A DNA stretch of 43,385 nt. Source: Acidobacteriota bacterium (GTDB lineage: Bacteria > Acidobacteriota > Thermoanaerobaculia > Gp7-AA8). Location of the stretch: NCBI GenBank assembly GCA_003223635.1, contig QHVS01000110.1, positions 1 to 43,385 on the forward strand. Reading direction: 5' to 3'. This document shows, piece by piece, positions 39,086 through 43,385 of the stretch. Below the pieces are notes generated by a model that made no database searches, was not told the origin of the DNA, and worked only from the letters and a program-made list of their open reading frames with translations. A program made the translations under genes and the position numbers. How positions within the stretch are numbered: the stretch's first letter is position 1; every line of letters begins with the position of its first letter.

Positions 39086-40428
39086 CTTTTTTTCCGCTCG
39101 CCGCTCGCCTCGCGCCGCGCACTTCGCATCTTGTCCAGCCGCTCCTTGATCTCCCGTTCCAGGCCGAGCCCCTTCGGCTCGTAAAACCGCCGCCCCGCCA
39201 GCGACTCCGGAAGGCATTCCATCGCCGCGGTCTGCTCTTCGAAATCGTGTGCGTACTGATAACCGCGGCCATAGCCAAGCTCCTGCATCAGGCGGGTGGG
39301 AGCGTTGCGAATGTGCAGGGGGACAGGCGGATTGTCGCCCCGCCGCACCTCGTGCACCGCTTCGCTGTATCCGACATAGACAGCATTCGACTTCGGCGCG
39401 GCCGCGAGGTAAGTCGCAAGTTGGGCGAGGGCAACGCCGGCTTCGGGCATTCCGATGAAGTGCGTAGCTTCTTTCACCGCGACGGCCAGGATCAGCGCCT
39501 GTGGGTCGGCGTTTCCCACATCCTCGGAAGCCGCCCGCACCAGTCGCCGGGCGATGTACAGCGGATCTTCGCCTCCTTCAAGCATGCGCACCAGCCAGTA
39601 GATCGCAGCGTCCGCGTCGCCGTTGCGAATCGACTTGTGCAGCGCGGAGATGATGTTGTAGTGCTCTTCACCGCCCTTGTCGTACATCAGCGACCGGCGC
39701 TGCAGGATCGTCTGCACCTTCGCTGCATCCACCGGGTTGTCCTCTGCCCGAGCGGTCTCCACGACGAGTTGCAGGCTGGTCAGTCCCTGTCGCGCATCGC
39801 CGGCCGAAGTGGCAGCCATGAAATCGAGCGCGTCTTCGGTCACCTCGATTCCGAACTTTTGCACCGCCGGATCGGTTACCGCGCGCCGAAGAATGGTCAT
39901 CACCTGTTCGCGCTCCAGGGGCGGCAGTACGACGACCTTGCATCGCGACAGGAGCGCCGAGTTGACCTCGAACGAGGGGTTTTCAGTGGTTGCTCCGATC
40001 AGGGTGATGTCGCCCGCTTCCACGTAAGAGAGAAACGCGTCCTGCTGCGCCTTGTTGAAGCGATGGATCTCATCGATGAAGACGATCGTTTTGACAGCCC
40101 GTCCCTGGCGCAGCTTGCGCGCCTCTTCCATCAGCACCTTGATGTCTTTGATGGACGTGCTCGTCGCGGAGAACGGCACGAATCGGGCCTGGGTGGTGCG
40201 GGCGATGATACGGGCCAACGTGGTCTTGCCGGAGCCGGGCGGCCCCCAGAAGATCATCGACGGGATGCGATCTGTTTCGATCGCCGTACGAAGGAACCGC
40301 CCTTCGCCCAGAAGATCATCGAGGCCGACGACCTCCCCGAGCGATTTCGGCCTCAGCCGTTCGGCGAGGGGAGCCTCGGGACGGTTGGGCGGGTCGAAGG
40401 TGGGTTCGTCGAAGAGTGAGCCGGTCAT
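39082..40428 (-). CDS. rarA: replication-associated recombination protein A (AAA+ ATPase)
   Basis: 448 aa. Walker A GPPGSGKTTLA, Walker B IVFIDEIHRFNK, MgsA C-terminal region (HYNIISALHKSIRNGDADAAIYW). Confidence 0.92.
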   Translation of the reverse strand: MTGSLFDEPTFDPPNRPEAPLAERLRPKSLGEVVGLDDLLGEGRFLRTAIETDRIPSMIFWGPPGSGKTTLARIIARTTQARFVPFSATSTSIKDIKVLMEEARKLRQGRAVKTIVFIDEIHRFNKAQQDAFLSYVEAGDITLIGATTENPSFEVNSALLSRCKVVVLPPLEREQVMTILRRAVTDPAVQKFGIEVTEDALDFMAATSAGDARQGLTSLQLVVETARAEDNPVDAAKVQTILQRRSLMYDKGGEEHYNIISALHKSIRNGDADAAIYWLVRMLEGGEDPLYIARRLVRAASEDVGNADPQALILAVAVKEATHFIGMPEAGVALAQLATYLAAAPKSNAVYVGYSEAVHEVRRGDNPPVPLHIRNAPTRLMQELGYGRGYQYAHDFEEQTAAMECLPESLAGRRFYEPKGLGLEREIKERLDKMRSARREASGERKKS

Positions 40429-40438
40429 GGGAGAACCG

Positions 40439-40509
40439 GAATGTTAAATGTTAAATGTTGAATGTTGAATCTGACTTTTTTCGAACTTCGAAATTCGAAC
40501 TTCACGAAC
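40439..40509. repeat. two adjacent AT-rich tandem heptamer arrays
   Basis: The first array is GAATGTT AAATGTT AAATGTT GAATGTT GAATCTG (40439-40473). The second, after the spacer ACTTTTTT, is CGAACTT CGAAATT CGAACTT CACGAAC (40482-40509). Both lie in the spacer between the dehydratase stop and the rarA start. Confidence 0.85.
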
Positions 40510-40534
40510 AAAGCAATGAGAAGTCCAGGTTCCC

Positions 40535-41488
40535 TCAACTTACCACTATGCCTACCGGCCCCCGTGGCGTAATGATTCGCGACATCAGCGCCGCGATTCC
40601 CAGCGCCCCGGTCGGCTCGATCACCAGCTTGGTGCGGTACATGGCGAACTTCAAGGCCTCGAGCAGCGGTTCGTCTTCCACGCTGACCACGTCGCGGACG
40701 CGCTCTCGGATGATCGAAAAGTTGCGCACGCCGATCGACAGTGTGCGCGCGCCATCCGCGATCGTCTTCGGTGGCTCGATGTTGATGATGCGGCCGGCGT
40801 GGAAGGACTGCTCACCGTCGTTGCCAGCCCGCGGCTCGACGCCGTACATTTCCACTTGCGGCTTCAGTGAAGTCGCGGCCAGCGCGATTCCAGCGAGCAA
40901 TCCTCCGCCGCCCAGCGGGACGACGATCGCTGCGACCTCCGGCCACTCCTCGACAATCTCGAGTCCGACTGTGCCAGCGCCGGCAATGATCCGCTCATCA
41001 TCGAAAGGCGGAATGACTGCCGCGCCGCTCTTCTGGGCGATCTCCCGGGCCATGGTGTCGCGCGTTGCTGCCGTGACCCCGGCGGTGACCACCTCCGCGC
41101 CGTAAGCCTGCGTGGCCTGGACTTTCGTGGCCACAGAGCCCTCGGGCATCACGATCGTGGCCCGCGTGCCGAGTAGCTTGGCTGCGAGGGCAACTCCCTG
41201 CGCGTGATTCCCGGAGGAGAAGGCCACCACGCCACGGCGCCGCTCGGCGTCGCTCAGTTGCAGGAGGGCGTTCATCGCCCCGCGGATCTTGAATGAGCCG
41301 GCGCGCTGAAGGTTTTCGCACTTCAGACGCACCTCGACACCGATCTTTTCGGAGAGAGAATGGTTGGGAAGAAGGGGGGTGTGGTGGACGAAGGGCCGGA
41401 TCCGCCCGGCTGCCGCCCGGACGTCCTCCACGCCCACGGCTGCCGTACGATTTGAAGAAGTCACCCGCGTTAGTATAAACTCACCCAA
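40535..41488 (-). CDS. PLP-dependent threonine/serine dehydratase (short, catalytic-domain-only form)
   Basis: 317 aa. Lys-PLP motif GSFKIRGA and glycine loop GGGGLLAG. The exact start codon is uncertain. Confidence 0.85.
   Translation of the reverse strand: MGEFILTRVTSSNRTAAVGVEDVRAAAGRIRPFVHHTPLLPNHSLSEKIGVEVRLKCENLQRAGSFKIRGAMNALLQLSDAERRRGVVAFSSGNHAQGVALAAKLLGTRATIVMPEGSVATKVQATQAYGAEVVTAGVTAATRDTMAREIAQKSGAAVIPPFDDERIIAGAGTVGLEIVEEWPEVAAIVVPLGGGGLLAGIALAATSLKPQVEMYGVEPRAGNDGEQSFHAGRIINIEPPKTIADGARTLSIGVRNFSIIRERVRDVVSVEDEPLLEALKFAMYRTKLVIEPTGALGIAALMSRIITPRGPVGIVVS
41452..41479 (+). promoter_or_regulatory. candidate sigma70-like promoter TTGAAG-N16-TATAAA
   Basis: Hexamers at 41452-41457 and 41474-41479, about 90 nt upstream of the ATG at 41568. 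They overlap the 5' end of the divergent dehydratase gene. This is a motif match only. Confidence 0.3.
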
Positions 41489-41567
41489 ACAAAGGTGGAT
41501 CGGGGTCTCTGCGGCACCCGGTTCTCATCTACGGGCAAGGTCATTATCGGGTTGGAGGAGTGGGGTT

Positions 41568-43178
41568 ATGTGGAGATGGGTTACCCGCGGCCTGGTTCTC
41601 ACCGTTCTGGCGATTTCCCTCACGCCGGCGGTTCACGCGCAAGACTTCATCGCAGCACTCGATCAACCGGATCCGACTGTGACCTGGTCCGGAGTGATCC
41701 CCGCACGCGGATGGGTGCTCGATCCTGGTCAGGTGACGAAGATCGAGCTGTACGTTGACGATCAGTTCCAGCAGATCGTCAACCACGGTCTGCCGCGAAT
41801 CGACATCATCGAGGCCTACCCCAACTATCCGGGTATCCAGAACATCGCGCCCGGTTTCATGACCGGCTTCCTGGCCAGCCGCTTCCCCAACGGGAACCAC
41901 ACGGTCATGGTCAAGGTCTACTTCAGCGATGGACGCGTGAATGAGTTGGGCCGCCGTACGATCAGCATCGACAACACGATCAATCAGTCGCCGTTCGGTT
42001 ACCTCGACATCCCAGACCTCGCCTCCGTGTACAACGCCTCCGGATCGTTCCCCGTCCAGGGATGGGCGGTTGACACCGACGGCATCGCGCGTGTGGATGT
42101 CTACATCGACGGCGGCATCATGCAGTCGGCGATCTACGGCGACGCACGGCCTGACGTAGCGAATACGTTCCCTGACTTTCCGGCCGCGCTTTTCAGCGGC
42201 TTCATCGCCAACGTCGATACGACGCGGATGCAGGATGGCGTGCATCTGCTCGAGGTACGCGCGACCGACCGGCTCGGCATGTCGAAGTTGATCGGCCGCC
42301 GGCAGGTGCAGATCTTCAACAACGAGACCAATCTGAAGCCGTTCGGCTTTCTCGATGAACCGAAGCGTGACGCGGTGCTCTACGGAACGCGATGTGCCAT
42401 TGTTCCGCCGATTATTATTTCGCCGCCCGCTCCCATCAACGTGAACTCGCACATCACGCCGGTCCGCGGCTGGGCCCTCGACCTCGGCACGCGCAGCGAT
42501 CTCGGTCGCGTTTCCTACGCCGAGCTGATGGTCGACGGTGTGCGCTGGTTCTCGACCGATAACTGCTCCTTCAGCACGATCTTCGCAAGCTACGTGAACT
42601 GCTACGGGCTGCCGCGATACGACGTCGCCAGGTACTACCCGAATTATCCCGATGCGCTGCGCTCCGGATTCATGTTCACCATGGACGTCGGTGCGCTCCT
42701 GGCGCTCGGCGTGCGTCCGGGTAACCACCAGCTGAAAGTCCGCGTGGGCGATCTGCAGCAGACATTCACTGAGCTGCCCGGCCCGCAGGGTCTTCCGGTG
42801 TTCTTCGAGTGCTCCGAGAATACGGTTGCCGCGGCAATCGGCTTCATCGATGTTCCCACCTCGTCCGACTATCTGAAGGGGACCGTGACCTTCCAGGGTT
42901 GGGCGTCGAACGAGGCCAACAGCGTGATCTCGGTGGAGATCATCGTCGACGGTGACTTCATCGGTGTCGCGCAGTACGGATATCCCCGGCCGGATGTACA
43001 GCAGGCATATCCATTCCTCCCGAACAGCTTGAACAGCGGCTGGCGATTCACGATGGACACATCGAAGCTCAGCAACGCGCGGCATCGGCTCACGGTGCGT
43101 GTCCTGACCTCCAACAACCTGCGCACGGAGATCGGCTCCGTCGACTTCTACGTGCAGAACCTGAATCTGACACCCTAA
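41568..43178 (+). CDS. secreted protein composed of four tandem beta-sandwich-like repeats, function unknown
   Basis: The start is preceded by GGAGGAG. Signal peptide MWRWVTRGLVLTVLAISLTPAVHA|QD. Four repeats share the pattern GW-x-D ... V-x-V-x-VDG ... YG-x-x-R-x-DV-x-x-x-YP ... SGF ... G-x-H-x-L-x-VR. Confidence 0.7.
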   Translation: MWRWVTRGLVLTVLAISLTPAVHAQDFIAALDQPDPTVTWSGVIPARGWVLDPGQVTKIELYVDDQFQQIVNHGLPRIDIIEAYPNYPGIQNIAPGFMTGFLASRFPNGNHTVMVKVYFSDGRVNELGRRTISIDNTINQSPFGYLDIPDLASVYNASGSFPVQGWAVDTDGIARVDVYIDGGIMQSAIYGDARPDVANTFPDFPAALFSGFIANVDTTRMQDGVHLLEVRATDRLGMSKLIGRRQVQIFNNETNLKPFGFLDEPKRDAVLYGTRCAIVPPIIISPPAPINVNSHITPVRGWALDLGTRSDLGRVSYAELMVDGVRWFSTDNCSFSTIFASYVNCYGLPRYDVARYYPNYPDALRSGFMFTMDVGALLALGVRPGNHQLKVRVGDLQQTFTELPGPQGLPVFFECSENTVAAAIGFIDVPTSSDYLKGTVTFQGWASNEANSVISVEIIVDGDFIGVAQYGYPRPDVQQAYPFLPNSLNSGWRFTMDTSKLSNARHRLTVRVLTSNNLRTEIGSVDFYVQNLNLTP

Positions 43179-43205
43179 CGCCAGATCGCAATCGGATCCG
43201 AGGAG

Positions 43206-43233
43206 CGCCGCCGATTTCGGCGGCGTTTTTTTT
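43206..43233 (+). terminator. rho-independent terminator
   Basis: CGCCGCCG-ATTT-CGGCGGCG (perfect 8-bp GC stem) followed directly by eight T (43226-43233), 28 nt after the stop of the repeat protein. Confidence 0.75.
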
Positions 43234-43236
43234 GTA

Positions 43237-43280
43237 CCGCCGGCAACTTGCCGGCGGGTGCGCCGGCTACCAGCCGGCGC
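43237..43280. repeat. two REP-like GC palindromes
   Basis: The first is CCGCCGGCAA-C-TTGCCGGCGG (43237-43257). The second is GCGCCGGCT-ACC-AGCCGGCGC (43260-43280). The second contains the stop codon of the RAYT-like gene and reads GTAG on the minus strand. Confidence 0.5.
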
Positions 43281-43383
43281 AGCCAACATAAGGCCAGTCC
43301 ACAAGTCCAGCCTTTGCCGGATTCTCCAATACATAGCGCACCGTCCGAAGAAGTTCTCGTTCGTCCCGAATGCACCGGTCGTA
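43267..43383 (-). CDS. C-terminal fragment of an IS200/IS605-type Y1 transposase-like protein (RAYT-like); rest lies beyond the window
   Basis: The minus-strand frame from 43383 reads YDRCIRDERELLRTVRYVLENPAKAGLVDWPYVGCAGW*. The pattern (D-x-x-IRDE...Y-[IV]-x-x-NP-x-K-x-G-x-V...WP) matches the conserved C-terminus of REP-associated tyrosine transposases. Only 38 residues are visible. Confidence 0.5.
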   Translation of the reverse strand, partial: YDRCIRDERELLRTVRYVLENPAKAGLVDWPYVGCAGW

Positions 43384-43385
43384 AT

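Noticed and set aside
43175-43375. 66-aa minus-strand ORF (MHSGRTRTSSDG...).
   Set aside because: It runs through the terminator and the palindromes and is Arg-rich nonsense. A different minus frame of the same DNA gives the RAYT-like C-terminus.

Overview
GC-rich bacterial chromosomal window with diderm-type envelope genes. The phylum cannot be determined from the sequence alone. Almost everything is housekeeping.

Gene content:
- + strand 3-4907: arginine block argD (5' partial)-argG-argH-argJ, with overlapping stop/start codons.
- 4979-8049: ggt plus an M20A dipeptidase.
- 8091-24666: a full dcw cluster (MraZ operator, mraZ, rsmH, ftsL, ftsI, murE, murF, mraY, murD, ftsW, murG, murC, ftsQ, ftsA, ftsZ). 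murB and ddl are not in it.
- - strand 29051-24748: HU/IHF, DUF2461, guaA, a small anchored protein and a polytopic membrane protein.
- + strand 29089-29445: an hslR-like S4 gene.
- - strand 36585-29504: a FecR/FN3-like gene followed by mreB-mreC-mreD-mrdA-rodA.
- Remainder: ppiD, a YciA-like thioesterase, rarA, a threonine dehydratase, a secreted protein made of four tandem repeats, an intrinsic terminator, and the 3' end of a RAYT-like Y1 transposase at the window edge.

I saw no rRNA, tRNA, CRISPR, prophage or recognisable defence genes.

Non-ordinary signals:
1. mraZ is broken by a perfect 11-bp tandem duplication, while a four-box, 10-bp-phased GTGG operator upstream is intact.
2. Nine cistron boundaries carry short arrays (about four units) of tandem 7- or 8-nt repeats. 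Two are paralogous octamer-built hairpins that fill the mraZ|rsmH and murD|ftsW gaps from stop codon to start codon. One is a perfect 26-bp heptamer-built hairpin upstream of mreB.
3. A G-run-dense tract lies between rsmH and ftsL.
4. REP-like GC palindromes sit next to the RAYT fragment, and a GTAG-flanked nested palindrome lies between argJ and ggt.
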